Shown here: piece after piece, positions 27,046 through 37,651 of the stretch
Layout of the letters: every line of letters begins with the position of its first letter
How positions within the stretch are numbered: the first letter of the stretch is position 1
Assembly: GCA_963769695.1 (NCBI GenBank)
Contig: CAVYMX010000001.1
Span: forward strand, 297,907 to 361,906
Reading direction: 5' to 3'
Length of the DNA stretch: 64,000 nucleotides
DNA from: an uncultured Solirubrobacterales bacterium
GTDB taxonomy: Bacteria; Actinomycetota; Thermoleophilia; Solirubrobacterales; Solirubrobacteraceae
Translations under genes and position numbers: made by a program
The notes under the pieces: model-generated
Told to the model about the DNA's origin: nothing
Database searches by the model: none
What the model saw: the letters and a program-made list of their open reading frames with translations, nothing else

Positions 27046-28326
27046 TTGTTGGCCACTTCCCGGGAACGTGTGCCGTTGCTGTGCCTGGCGCTTGCGGCGC
27101 TGATCGCGATCGTCGCGGCGGGCTCCGCCCAGGCTGCGCTCGTGAGCGCGTCGGACGGGAACCTGGCGGCCTTCACCGGAGGTGTCTCGGAGGTCAACGG
27201 GACCCTGACCCCGGCACCCAACCGATACGGCGCTGACGGCGAGACGTTCGCCGCGCAATACGCGGGGACCGGAGCGAGCGGGACCGCAAGCGGCTCGTTC
27301 AATGTCAACTGGACGCAGGGCCAGACCGTGGTCTACGGCGCGGCCTTCTACCTGCCGCCCGACTTCCACGCGGCGAGCTCCGGGCAGCAGGCGCTGATCA
27401 CATGGAACAACTCCCCGGGGACGGGCGGAACAGTGGTCCAGGGCGGGGTGATCGTCGACTACAGCGACAACTCGGGCTACCTCGTCACGACGACGATCTC
27501 CGGCACCAGCGTCACGCCGCAGGTGCTCGCCGGACCGTTCCCATTGCCGATCGGCCACTGGTTCACGCTCGACGTGCGCCAGGTCCTAGGATCGGGCCCG
27601 TCCGCGTACAACGAAGTGGACGAGAACGGCCAGGCCATCGCCACCTCGCAAGTGCCCAACTTCTCCGGCGCGCCGATCACTCAGATCAGCTACGGGATCG
27701 TCGAGCTTTCGGTCAGCGCCGAGCAGGGCCCCGTCCTGCTGGACTTCGACCAGGCAACCGCGGCCAACACCACGAGCACCGCCAACAGCGGCCGCTACGT
27801 CAATCCGCTCGCCGGCGATCGCTACTTCACCGCTCGCACCGACATGGGCGTCGACTTCTGTCTGACTCCGGGCGAGCCGATCCGCGCGGTCGGCGACGCG
27901 GTCGTGGTCGGCATCAGCCCGGACTGGTTCGCCTTCCAGCCCTACATCTGGTACCGACTCCTCGATGGCCCGGACGCGGGCCGATACGTCTACGTCGCCG
28001 AGCAGATCACGCGCCTTGCACACGTCGGCAGGCACGTCAGCGCCGGCCAGCCGGTCGCCTACTACAAGCGCGCCGGCACCTGTATTGAGACCGGCTGGAG
28101 CGCCGCCGACGGCGCGACGCTCGCGCAGGCGACGACCGGTTACACCGAGGGCCAGATCACGGTCGCCGGCGTCTCCTTCGCCCACTTCTTGATCTCGCTG
28201 GGGGTGCGAGGGCGGTTCGAGCTCAAGCCGAGCCGGGTCAAGGCGCGGCGGCTGGGGGCCGTCAGGGCCGCCGGCGCCGCCTTCGTGCCCAAGAAGTACC
28301 TGCCGGGCAGCGCCGGGGCGAAATAG
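27046..28326 (+). CDS. Secreted protein: beta-sandwich N-domain plus M23-like C-domain with atypical ligands
   Basis: Signal peptide ..SAQA, RTDMGVDF, PIRAVGDAVV, VGRHVSAGQPV. Confidence 0.65.
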   Translation: MLATSRERVPLLCLALAALIAIVAAGSAQAALVSASDGNLAAFTGGVSEVNGTLTPAPNRYGADGETFAAQYAGTGASGTASGSFNVNWTQGQTVVYGAAFYLPPDFHAASSGQQALITWNNSPGTGGTVVQGGVIVDYSDNSGYLVTTTISGTSVTPQVLAGPFPLPIGHWFTLDVRQVLGSGPSAYNEVDENGQAIATSQVPNFSGAPITQISYGIVELSVSAEQGPVLLDFDQATAANTTSTANSGRYVNPLAGDRYFTARTDMGVDFCLTPGEPIRAVGDAVVVGISPDWFAFQPYIWYRLLDGPDAGRYVYVAEQITRLAHVGRHVSAGQPVAYYKRAGTCIETGWSAADGATLAQATTGYTEGQITVAGVSFAHFLISLGVRGRFELKPSRVKARRLGAVRAAGAAFVPKKYLPGSAGAK

Positions 28327-28380
28327 GGGGCTCGGCCGACGCGGTCGACGCCCGGCCAGGCCCGGCGAGGCCCGGCCGGC

Positions 28381-28615
28381 GCGGGGCGGAATCCGTTGCG
28401 GCGACATGCTTACGGGCCCAAAGTGCACGCCCGCGGGCGACCTTGGTTGCATAAGCATGCCCCACATGCTTATGTAGCCAAGGGCCATTAGGCGCGCGCG
28501 GTTTGTCCCTTGATGCAGGTGGAATGCCGAATTTTGCTGACCGCATCGGGCCCGGCCGCACCCTCACCAGCGCCGTTCCCCGGAGGGACCGCGCCGCTAC
28601 CGGCGTGCGCGGCAC
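28381..28615 (+). repeat. Dispersed ~230-bp palindromic element, full copy
   Basis: Colinear similarity to the reverse complement of 43167-43400. 19-bp hairpin at 28441-28483. Confidence 0.85.
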
Positions 28616-28729
28616 GGCCCGTAGAGGCCCATGATGAAGCCCCGGGGCAGGCAATAACGGGCTTCTGAGGAGGGCTCTCGTCTACCCTGGAAGCCGAGAT
28701 GAGCACGAATCGATGATCGCAGGGCAAAC

Positions 28730-29290
28730 TTGATAAGCACAAACCAGTTTCGTAACGGCAACCACATCGACGTCGAGGGGACGATCTTCAAGATCGTCGA
28801 GTTCCAGCACGTCAAGCCCGGCAAGGGTGGCGCGTTCGTGCGCACGAAGCTGCGGCGGGCGAGCGACGGAGCGGTGATCGACCGCACGTTCCGCGCGGGC
28901 GAGAAGTTCCGATCGGTGCGGACCGAGGTGCGGCGGATGCAGTTCCTCTACAAGGACGGGACCGACGCGCATTTCATGGACTCCGAGAGCTACGAGCAGC
29001 TGACGATCCCAGAGAGCACGCTGCGCGTAGCGCTGCGGTGGATGAAGGAGTCAGAGGAGGTCGAGCTGCTGTACATCGATTCCCAGCCGGCCGATGTGCA
29101 GCTTCCGAGCGCGATCGACCTGAAGGTGACCGAGACCGAGCCGGGCGTCCGGGGGGACACCGCCTCGGGCGGCGGCACCAAGCCGGCGGTGCTCGAGACT
29201 GGCGCCCGGATCAACGTGCCGCTGTTCATTGATGTCGGGGAATCGGTTCGCGTCGATACCCGCTCGGGCGAGTACGTCTCGCGTGCCTGA
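28730..29290 (+). CDS. efp: Elongation factor P
   Basis: FQHVKPGKGGAFVRTK, TEPGVRGDTA, VPLFI..VDTRSGEY. Confidence 0.97.
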   Translation: MISTNQFRNGNHIDVEGTIFKIVEFQHVKPGKGGAFVRTKLRRASDGAVIDRTFRAGEKFRSVRTEVRRMQFLYKDGTDAHFMDSESYEQLTIPESTLRVALRWMKESEEVELLYIDSQPADVQLPSAIDLKVTETEPGVRGDTASGGGTKPAVLETGARINVPLFIDVGESVRVDTRSGEYVSRA

Positions 29291-29313
29291 CGGACACCGC
29301 GAGGGGAAGACGC

Positions 29314-29715
29314 GTGCGTAGGACCGAGCAGCGCCGCGCAGCCGTGTGGGCGCTGTACCAGAGCGATCTCCTCGGCCGGCCGCTGGAGGAGACCTTCCCG
29401 GGTGATGTGCATGGGTTCACGCGCGCGCTCGCGCAGCTCGTGCGCGAGCACCAGCCCGAGCTTGACGAGCTGATCTCCGGCTACGCGACCGGGTGGTCGC
29501 TGGAGCGGATCGCGCCGCTCGAGCGCTCGATCCTGCGGGTCGGGCTGGTCGAGATGCTGCATTCCGATCAGATCCCGGGCGAGCACGCGATCCCGGCTGA
29601 GGGCGCAATCGATGAGGCGGTCCAGACCGCCAAGGAGTTCTGCGGCGCCGAGGCGCCGGCCTTCGTCAATGGGATCCTGGGAGCGGTGATGCGCGACCGC
29701 GTGCGACAGTTGTGA
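29314..29715 (+). CDS. nusB: Transcription antitermination factor NusB
   Basis: WSLERI, AIDEAV..AK, FVNGIL. Follows efp. Confidence 0.93.
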   Translation: MRRTEQRRAAVWALYQSDLLGRPLEETFPGDVHGFTRALAQLVREHQPELDELISGYATGWSLERIAPLERSILRVGLVEMLHSDQIPGEHAIPAEGAIDEAVQTAKEFCGAEAPAFVNGILGAVMRDRVRQL

Positions 29716-30725
29716 CCCGAATCGATTCCGCGGCGCTTCCGAAAGCTGAGCTTCACCTCCATATCGAGGGGACGCTTGAACCCGAGCTGATGTTCGAGCT
29801 CGCCGTCCGCAACGGTGTGCGGCTGCCGTACGCCGACGTCGAGTCGGCCAAGCGGGCCTACGTGTTCAGCGACCTGCAGTCGTTTCTCGATGTCTACTAC
29901 GCCGCGTGTGCAGTGCTGATCGAGGAGCAGGACTTCTACGACTTGACGGTTGCGTACCTGAAGCGCGCCCGGGCCGACGGCGTCCGGCACGCCGAGATCT
30001 TTTTCGACCCCCAGACGCACACCGCCCGCGGCGTGGAGTTCGGGACGGTGATCGCGGGCATCGCCCGGGCACTGGCCGAGGGGCCGCGCCTCGGGATCAG
30101 CTCGAGACTGATCATGTGCTTCCTGCGCCACCTCAGCGCCGCGGAGGCGATCGAGACGCTCGAGCAGTCGCTGCCCTACGCCGAGCTGATCACCGCCGTC
30201 GGGCTTGACTCGGGCGAGGTCGGCAACCCACCGAGCAAATTCAAGGAGGTGTTCGAGCGCGCGCGGGCTCACGGCTTCCGCGCAGTGGCGCACGCCGGCG
30301 AGGAAGGCCCGCCGGAGTACATCTGGGAGGCGCTCGACCTGCTCGGTGCCGAGCGGATCGATCATGGAGTGCGGTGCGTCGAGGATCCGCGGCTGGTTGA
30401 CCGCCTCGCGGCTGACCGCGTGCCGCTGACCGTCTGTCCGCTCTCGAACGTCAGACTCCGGGTGTACGAGAAGCTCGAGCAGCATCCGCTGGGCCAGATG
30501 TTGGAGCTCGGCCTGTGCGCGAGCGCGAACTCCGACGACCCTGCCTATTTCGGGGGGTACGTCGCCGCCAACTTCGCCGCCGTCCGGTCCGCGCTGGCGC
30601 TGGGTCAGGACGCGCTTGTGACGCTCGCGCGCAACAGCTTCGAGGCGTCGTTCCTGGACGAGCCGACCAGGGCGGGCTATGTGGCCGAGCTGGACAGCTA
30701 CGTGGCGGCGTCGCGGCGCACCTAA
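29712..30725 (+). CDS. add: Adenosine/adenine deaminase
   Basis: [26 protein letters not shown]. Confidence 0.92.
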   Translation: MTRIDSAALPKAELHLHIEGTLEPELMFELAVRNGVRLPYADVESAKRAYVFSDLQSFLDVYYAACAVLIEEQDFYDLTVAYLKRARADGVRHAEIFFDPQTHTARGVEFGTVIAGIARALAEGPRLGISSRLIMCFLRHLSAAEAIETLEQSLPYAELITAVGLDSGEVGNPPSKFKEVFERARAHGFRAVAHAGEEGPPEYIWEALDLLGAERIDHGVRCVEDPRLVDRLAADRVPLTVCPLSNVRLRVYEKLEQHPLGQMLELGLCASANSDDPAYFGGYVAANFAAVRSALALGQDALVTLARNSFEASFLDEPTRAGYVAELDSYVAASRRT

Positions 30726-30778
30726 GACCACCGTAGGAACCGCTCGCGCAACCACGCCGCAGCGACGACAATGACCAT

Positions 30779-31459
30779 ATGAGACTCCTGGTCGTAGACG
30801 ATGACCGCGCCCTGCGGGACGTCCTGCGTCGTGCGCTGACCCTGGCGGGATACGAGATCCGCCAGGCGGAGAGCGGTGCCCAGGCGCTGGCCGAGGTGAC
30901 CGGCAGCGTTCCCGATGCGGTCGTGCTCGACGTCGGCCTGCCGGACATCGACGGCCTGGAGGTCTGTCGGCTGCTGCGCCGCGAGGGCAACCGTGTCCCG
31001 GTGCTGATGCTGACCGCCCGCGACGCTGTGTCCGACCGGATCGACGGCTTGGACGCCGGCGCGGACGACTACCTGGTCAAGCCATTCGACATCGACGAGC
31101 TCAAGGCACGGTTGCGGGCGCTGCTGCGCCGGACCGGGGGGGATGGGGACCTCGACGGCGGCCTGTCGTTCGGCGAGCTGCGGCTCGATGCGGCGCGGCA
31201 CGGCGTCGTCGTCGAGGACGCGTTCGTCGAGTTGACGCGGACGGAGTACGAGCTGCTCGAACTGCTGATGCGAAACCCGCGCCGGGTGCTGCCCCACAGC
31301 CTGATCTACGACCGCGTCTGGGGGTACGATTTCGGGCCGACTTCGAACGCGCTGCGCGTCTACATCGGCTACCTGCGGCGCAAGCTCGAGGAGGCGGGCG
31401 CGCACTCGGAGATCCACACCGTCCGCGGGGTTGGCTATGCGCTGAGGGAGCCGGAGTGA
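30779..31459 (+). CDS. OmpR-family response regulator (MprA-like)
   Basis: VVDDD, LDVGLP, GADDYLVKPF, VYIGYLRRKL, TVRGVGY. Confidence 0.93.
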   Translation: MRLLVVDDDRALRDVLRRALTLAGYEIRQAESGAQALAEVTGSVPDAVVLDVGLPDIDGLEVCRLLRREGNRVPVLMLTARDAVSDRIDGLDAGADDYLVKPFDIDELKARLRALLRRTGGDGDLDGGLSFGELRLDAARHGVVVEDAFVELTRTEYELLELLMRNPRRVLPHSLIYDRVWGYDFGPTSNALRVYIGYLRRKLEEAGAHSEIHTVRGVGYALREPE

Positions 31460-33031
31460 ACCGGCTCAGCCTGCGAGCGCGGCTGGCCCTCGCCGCAGGG
31501 GTTGCCGTAGCGCTCGCTGTGGTCGCAGTCGCGGTGTCGGCGTATGCCGGCACCCGCTCCGAGCTCGAGGGCCAGGTCGACAACCAGCTGCAAAGCCTCG
31601 CCCAGCCTGTCCTCCAGCGCGCCGGCGTCGCGCCGGCGCCGCCGTCGAACACCCGCCTGCTTCGCGGCGGGCAGGGCCCGGGCGCTCCGGGCGGCGGACC
31701 CGGTCAAGGCGGGCAGTTCGGCGCGGGGGCCCTTCCGCTCCGCGGTCCGATCTCGGGGGATCCCGACGAGGGCCTCGGACTCGATCAGCAGTTCGCTCCG
31801 CAGGCATTCGGCGGCCCGTCGGGCACATTCACGCTGGTCAAGCCCGACGGCACCACCTACACCCCCAGGCAGGAGAAGTTCAGCATCCCGGCCGACGCCC
31901 GCGCCACTGCGCTCGCCAAGACCGGCAAGGGTCAGTACTTCACCGACATGACGGTTACCGGTCACCACATCCGGGCGCTGGTGACCGGGTTGCGGTCCTT
32001 CGGGGCCCTGATGGTGGCGCTCCCCCTCAACACCATCGATCACACATTGCGCAGCCAGCTGGTGCTGCTGGTCGTGATCGCCGCCGCCGGGATCGCGCTC
32101 GCCGCGCTGCTCGGCGTGCTGGTCGCGAGGACCGCACTGGCGCCGATCGCGCGGTTCACGCGGCAGACCGAGAAGATCGCCGCCAACCCGGAAATGCTCG
32201 ACCGCGAGCGTCTCGAGGTCGACCGGCGGCGACGAGCTCGCGCGGCTCGCGCGCACGTTCAACGACACGCTCGACGCACTCGAGCGCTCGGTGCAGTCGC
32301 AGCGGAATCTCGTCGCCGATGCCTCGCACGAGCTGCGCACACCGATCGCGACGATCCGGGCGAACCTCCAGCTGATGCGCGATGAGGCGCTGCTGTCGGC
32401 CGACGATCGCGAGGCGCTGCGCGCCGACGTGATCGAGGAGCTCGATGAGCTGACAGCCCTGGTCGGCGACGTCGTCGAGCTCGCGCGCGGGAGCAAGCCG
32501 AGCGGGGAGCCCGGAGACGTGCGAGTCGATCAGATCGTCGCGCAGGCCATTGAGCGGGCCCGGCGCCGCGCGCCGCAGCTGTCCTTCGAACCACAGCTCG
32601 AGCCGACGCTGGTGCGGGGCGAGGGCGACCGGATCGCCCGGGCGGTCGCCAACCTGCTCGACAACGCGAGCAAGTGGAGCCCGGACGGCGCCGTGGTGGA
32701 GGTGACGCTGAGCGACGGCGTGGTCACCGTCCGGGACCACGGGCCCGGCTTCCACGAGGAGGACCTGCCGTTCGTGTTCGACCGCTTTCATCGCGCCCGC
32801 GACGCCCGCGCCAAACCGGGCTCTGGGCTGGGGCTGGCGATCGTCCGTCAGGCGGCCGAAGCCCACGGCGGCTTCGTGCGGGCCGGCAACGCGCCCGGCG
32901 GCGGTGCGATCCTGTCGATCGCGTTCGGGCCGGTCCTGGAGCTCGAGGAGAACGGCGCCACAGCGACGAGCCTCAACGGCGAGGCGGCAGGCGGCGCTGC
33001 TGCGCCGGCGCCCGGCACGAGCCGCGGCTGA
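31456..33031 (+). CDS. HAMP sensor histidine kinase (MprB-like), +1 frameshift near 32220
   Basis: Two TMs, HAMP DELARLARTFN in the shifted frame, DASHELRTP, NLLDNA, DHGPG, GSGLGLAIV. Confidence 0.9.
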
Positions 33032-34505
33032 ACCCGCTCCTGCTCGCCGTCACCGTCACCGTGATCGCGCGGGCGCCACGGCACGCAGCGATCTGGAGCA
33101 CCGAGGCCCGGCGTGGAGAGGCGATGGCGCCTCCGCTGACCTGCGCCGCGTACCCGTGGGGATAGACCAGCGCGGGCGTCGCGACGTCGCTCAGCGCTCC
33201 TGCGCCGAACCGGCCGGCGTGGTCCGCGCGTGCGGTCGTGAACGAGAGCCGGAAGGTGCTCGTCGCCCGATCGAACCCCCACGAGCGCGGTGTCCCGGCA
33301 ACGACTTGCGGGTAGGGCTCGACGAGCGCGTGCAGTGTGCCGAGCACGAGGTTCGATCCCGTTGGCGGCTTGGTGGGGTCGAGCACGATCGCCTGCTCGG
33401 CGCCCGGCCCGGTGGTGGTCGGGTCCTGGCAGCCGCAGTACGCCCACTCGAGCCACGGCACCATCTGGCGGTCGGCCCGGGCCACCATCTCGTCAAGGTA
33501 GTCCGCGTTCTGCGTGGCGCCGAACTCGGTCATCATCAGCGCGTCGCCGGTCTGCCGGACGTGTGCGCCGGCGTTTGCGAACACGCGGTTGTCGGCCGCG
33601 TCACAGGCCGCCGAGGTGCCGGTCTTGGGCTGGGTCAGGCAGTAGTCGTGGAATGCGAATCCCGCCCGGGGATCGCCGACCGGGCCGAGGTCGGTGGGCG
33701 CGCCACCGTTGAACAGCGGATTCGGCTCGTACCAGATCAGCTGGTCGCGATCGACGGCGCGGATCGCGGCGGCGACGCGCCGGTAGAACGAAGTCAGCTC
33801 GCGGTCGAACGCGGGGCAACCGGCCGGCAGGATGCATCCCTCCCAGACCGTTCCCGGGAAGGGCTCGTTGAACAGCTCATCGCCGAGCACCGCCGGGTTG
33901 GATCTGAACCGGGCGGCGACGTGCGCCCATGCCGCGGCGAAGCGGCCCTGCAGGCCGATGCCGGCGGGCCCGGGGGCGTTGGCGTAGAACGCGTCGAGCG
34001 CGTGCTCGAGCGCGGGGTTGGACAAGTAGTTGCCGGGGAAGCCGAGCGCCGGGTCGGGCAGCCCTCCGGTCTGGACCGCCCAGTCGGGTACGCCCTCGCC
34101 CTGGAAGAGCTCGTTGAGCTGGTCCTGGTGGAAGTCGAGCAGCGACACGATCCCGTGGCGCGCAAGGGTCGTGACCGTCTGGGCGATCTGGTTCAGGTAC
34201 GCGTCGTCGTAGACCCCGGGCTCGGGCTCGACCGCCTTCCAGATCACGCCGACGCGGACGGCGTTGAAGCCGATGCTCTGGAGGAAGGCCGCGTCATCGT
34301 CGCCGAAGCCCGCCGCCGCCGGGTAGAAGGGCGCCAGCTTGTAGACCATGTTGATGCCGTGGACGATCACGACCCGCCCGCTCGCGTCGGTGATCCAGCG
34401 CCCGGAATGGGACAGCGGCAGCGTCGGCGCCGCCTGAGCGCCGGAGCAGAATGCCAGCCCGAGCGACACCACCGCGAGCGCGAGCGAGCGCATAAATACC
34501 CTCAT
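32973..34505 (-). CDS. Secreted endoglycoceramidase-like GH5 protein
   Basis: GRWITDASGRVVIVHGIN, LDFHQD, ELFNEP (acid/base), MTEFGA (nucleophile), PYPQVVAGTP. Confidence 0.88.
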   Translation of the reverse strand: MRVFMRSLALAVVSLGLAFCSGAQAAPTLPLSHSGRWITDASGRVVIVHGINMVYKLAPFYPAAAGFGDDDAAFLQSIGFNAVRVGVIWKAVEPEPGVYDDAYLNQIAQTVTTLARHGIVSLLDFHQDQLNELFQGEGVPDWAVQTGGLPDPALGFPGNYLSNPALEHALDAFYANAPGPAGIGLQGRFAAAWAHVAARFRSNPAVLGDELFNEPFPGTVWEGCILPAGCPAFDRELTSFYRRVAAAIRAVDRDQLIWYEPNPLFNGGAPTDLGPVGDPRAGFAFHDYCLTQPKTGTSAACDAADNRVFANAGAHVRQTGDALMMTEFGATQNADYLDEMVARADRQMVPWLEWAYCGCQDPTTTGPGAEQAIVLDPTKPPTGSNLVLGTLHALVEPYPQVVAGTPRSWGFDRATSTFRLSFTTARADHAGRFGAGALSDVATPALVYPHGYAAQVSGGAIASPRRASVLQIAACRGARAITVTVTASRSGFSRGSCRAPAQQRRLPPRR

Positions 34506-35156
34506 CCGGACGCGAAGCCTACCCACGCGTCGTGGCCGACGAGCCGGACCCCGAGCGCCTCGAGCTCGTCGCGCAGGCCCGGTGCGGTCAGCGTCGCGAG
34601 CTCCGCCCCGCGCTCGTCCAGGTAGCTCGAGACGAGGTCCGGCGTGACCCGGCCCGGATGACATGCGAGCTCGCTGAAGCCGCTACCCACCTCGGTTCGC
34701 ACGAGCTCGAGCAGGTGCTCACGGCTGATCTGTTGCGGGCGTGGAGTGCGATCTTCGGACTGGCCCCAGAAGCCGCCGATGTACGCCACCTGCCCGTCGC
34801 GGCGCAGCGGCACCCCTAGCGGTGCGACCAGCTCCCGAAACGTATCCAGCCGGCGCATGTGCACGTGGTGGTGGGAGTCGACATGGGTGGGCTCGCGGCC
34901 GGTCAACTCGCGGAACCGCCTCAGCTGCTCGGTGAACGCCCGTGCCGGGTCCCGCAGCTGTTCGTCGACGACGTGCAGGCCGAGGCGACAGGCTCGAGTG
35001 TGCGCGCGCGAGGCGGGCCGCTTCGGGCGCCGCCGGCGTGAGCACCATCAGACTGGCGCTGGTCACGACGCCGCCCGTGTGCGCCTCGACGATTCCCTCG
35101 TTGACGCCGCGTGAGAGCCCGAAGTCGTCGGCGTTGATGACGAGCAGCCGGCTCAG
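34502..35156 (-). CDS. ChbG/HpnK (YdjC) family deacetylase, frameshift near 34985
   Basis: VINADDFG, TSASLM, LGLH, THVDSHHH, ELACHPG across two frames. Confidence 0.85.
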
Positions 35157-36117
35157 CGCCGTCCCGCCCCGGCGAGCAGCGGCTGAAGCGAAGGCGTGCA
35201 GGCGCAGGCCGCGTCGCGCAGTCGCGGCAGCCCGAGCAGATCCTCGATCGTCTGCAGCACCGAATAATGGTCAACCGGCGCGCGGAGCCTCGCGCCCGGC
35301 CGCGCCTGCGGCCCGGCGAGGATCGTCGCGATGTGGCCGCCGGACGCGAGTCGGCAGCAGCCATCGTCGCTCGAGCCCTCGTCCCAGGTCAGGATCAACA
35401 ACCCTCGCGGGCCGAGCGCGCTCAACAGTCCCGGGACGAGGCCGGACAGAAAGCGGTCACCGGTCGCCGGTTCGCAGTCGTGCATGTCGTGGCAGAGGTT
35501 GGGCGTGATCCAGATGAACGTCGGGAGGGCGCGCGCGTGTTCGTCAGCCTGCAGCTGGGTGAGCGGGACGACGCGACTGCACAGCGCCGGATTGGAGGCG
35601 ACCGACGTGTAGTACACGAACGGGTCGTGCTTCTTGGCGTACTCGCCGGCGCCGGCGCCGGTGAAGCACGGGCGCGGGAGGTCCTCCATGTACCCCTTCC
35701 ACGAGACGCCGGCGCTCTGCAGCTGATTGACGATGCTCGTTGCGTGGACCGAGCAGTCCGTGCAGTCGCTGTCGATTCCGAACGTCGAGCCCCCGGTGAG
35801 AGCGAGGTAGTTGGGAAGCGAGGGGTGCGAGATCGCGTACATCGAGGTCGCGAGCGCGTAGCGCGTGGCGAGGCTGTTGATGTAGGGCGTCTGATTCGAG
35901 CCGACGATGTCTCCGTACTCCTCGTTCTCCATCAGGATCACGGCGATGTGAGCTGGTCGCCCGGACCGCAGCTGAGCTGGGGGGAGGGGCGAGTCTGCAC
36001 CGGCGGCTGGCTGCTCGCCGTGCTGGAGCTCCCGCACCCCGCGAGCACGATCACAGCTGCGAGCGCGGCACCGAGCGCCTTCAGTCGCCGGGTTCCCTGG
36101 ATCGCCAGCACAGCCAC
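35153..36117 (-). CDS. Phosphoesterase-family lipoprotein, frameshift in the G-run near 35980
   Basis: Lipobox LAGC in one frame. ILMENE, HPSLPNY, KHDPF, TPNLCHDMHD, TWDE in the next. Confidence 0.85.
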
Positions 36118-36584
36118 GCATTGTGCCCTGCGGGTGCCGGGATCTCGTGCGCGCGCCACGAGCCGGCGCGGCCGTCGGGCCAGAACAGGGGGGCGTCGAG
36201 TCGCCGCGGGTCATACTCGAGCGCGTCGCCGAGCGCCTTGGCGAGCGCCTCCTTGGAGCACCACAGGGAAGAGAGGAACGCGGCGGGATCGGTGTCCGCG
36301 GGCGGCTCCAACGGCTCGGACGGCGTCCGGATCGATTCCAGGAACGTCTGATCGAACGGCTCGATCCGCTCGATGTCGACCCCGACCTGCTCGGTGTGGG
36401 AAGCGACGAGGGCGTACGGGTAGCGGTAGGAGCGCGACGTGAACCGGGGACGGGCCTCGTGTGCCAGCGCGCGCGCCCAGGTGAGCAGGGCCGGCTCGTC
36501 GAGGCCGGTTGCGAGCGCGTCGAGCAGCACGACCTCGGGTGCACCGCGAGGGAGCGCGAGCGCGGTCGGCTGCAGCCGGCTCAC
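36081..36584 (-). CDS. 4'-phosphopantetheinyl transferase superfamily protein
   Basis: VGVDIE and WCSKEALAKALG motifs. Confidence 0.85.
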   Translation of the reverse strand: MSRLQPTALALPRGAPEVVLLDALATGLDEPALLTWARALAHEARPRFTSRSYRYPYALVASHTEQVGVDIERIEPFDQTFLESIRTPSEPLEPPADTDPAAFLSSLWCSKEALAKALGDALEYDPRRLDAPLFWPDGRAGSWRAHEIPAPAGHNAWLCWRSREPGD

Positions 36585-37651
36585 CGCAGCGAGGCCCGGC
36601 GGCCGGGGAGGAACATCGCCGAACCGGTCGCGACTGCGATCGGCCTGCGATCCGCGTCGAGCACCTCCGCCGAGGCCACTCCGGTTCGGCGACCGCCGTG
36701 AATCGCGCGGCCGATTGCCAGGGCGTCGCGGCCGTCCGCGGCCAGCGGACGCAGGTAGTTGATCTTCAGATCGACCGGTGCGAGCGCGGTCCCTGGCGGC
36801 AACTTGGTCTGCAGGGCGCTGCTGAGCGCCGATTCGGCGAGCAATGCCACGGCCCCGCCCTGGACACGTCCCCGGCGAGGGGCGCACAGCCACTCGCTAG
36901 CGGGCATCGAGAACGTGGCCGTGCCGGGGGCGGCAGCTCGGAGCGTCAGGCCGGTGAGGAAGTGGATCGGCGGCATCGGGAGCGCGTCGGCGAGCTGGGC
37001 TTGGAGTACCTCGAGTCCGCTCATGCGGTCCCAGACCTCCTGCCCCAGCGTCGTCGGCGGCGGGGAGCTCTGCCACGGGTCGTGGTCCTGCGATTGGGGT
37101 GGGACCTTGGTCCCGGGCGCGCGCGCCGGGTCTTCGGGTGCGGGCTCGGTGGCCGGCGTCGCCCCGGACGGCTGGATCAGCCACAAGGTGCTGCCGTGGG
37201 CGATCAGCCGCTGCGCTTCGTCGGTGATCTCGACTTCGGCCAGCCCGATCGTCCGCCGCGCCTCGATCACCCTCCCCCGGGCGAGCACTCGACCGCCGGG
37301 TGCGGCCGGCCGAAGCACTCTCAGGGACAGCTCGCTGGTGACGAACGCCGTCCCGGGCGGCAGCACGGTCTGGAGCGCGCAGCCCATGGCGCCGTCGGCG
37401 GGCATCGTCAGCGGTCCGATCGAAATCGCCCCCTGAGACGAGCACAACCACTGGCTGAGCGGCATCTCGAACGTTGCCGTGGTGTCTGACTCGGCGGTGA
37501 GCTGCATCCCGGTCAATCTCGAGATCGGCGGCCGCGGGGTGTCCCCGCTCAGCATTGAGCGCAGGCGCTCGCGGCCGGATAGCTCTGCCAGGATCGGATC
37601 GGGATAGCCGCCGCGGACCGGCTCGCGCCACGGAAATCGCAAATCAAGCAT
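36581..37651 (-). CDS. Tandem PaaI-family (double hotdog) thioesterase
   Basis: Two repeats of PPI..LTG, GG..ALLAE, DLKINYLRP, G.RT..A. Confidence 0.85.
   Translation of the reverse strand: MLDLRFPWREPVRGGYPDPILAELSGRERLRSMLSGDTPRPPISRLTGMQLTAESDTTATFEMPLSQWLCSSQGAISIGPLTMPADGAMGCALQTVLPPGTAFVTSELSLRVLRPAAPGGRVLARGRVIEARRTIGLAEVEITDEAQRLIAHGSTLWLIQPSGATPATEPAPEDPARAPGTKVPPQSQDHDPWQSSPPPTTLGQEVWDRMSGLEVLQAQLADALPMPPIHFLTGLTLRAAAPGTATFSMPASEWLCAPRRGRVQGGAVALLAESALSSALQTKLPPGTALAPVDLKINYLRPLAADGRDALAIGRAIHGGRRTGVASAEVLDADRRPIAVATGSAMFLPGRRASLR

Noticed and set aside
28715-28735. c-di-GMP-I riboswitch from GGGCAAAC upstream of efp
   Set aside because: The downstream GAAA tetraloop and GCAAAG elements are absent and the sequence runs directly into the efp CDS
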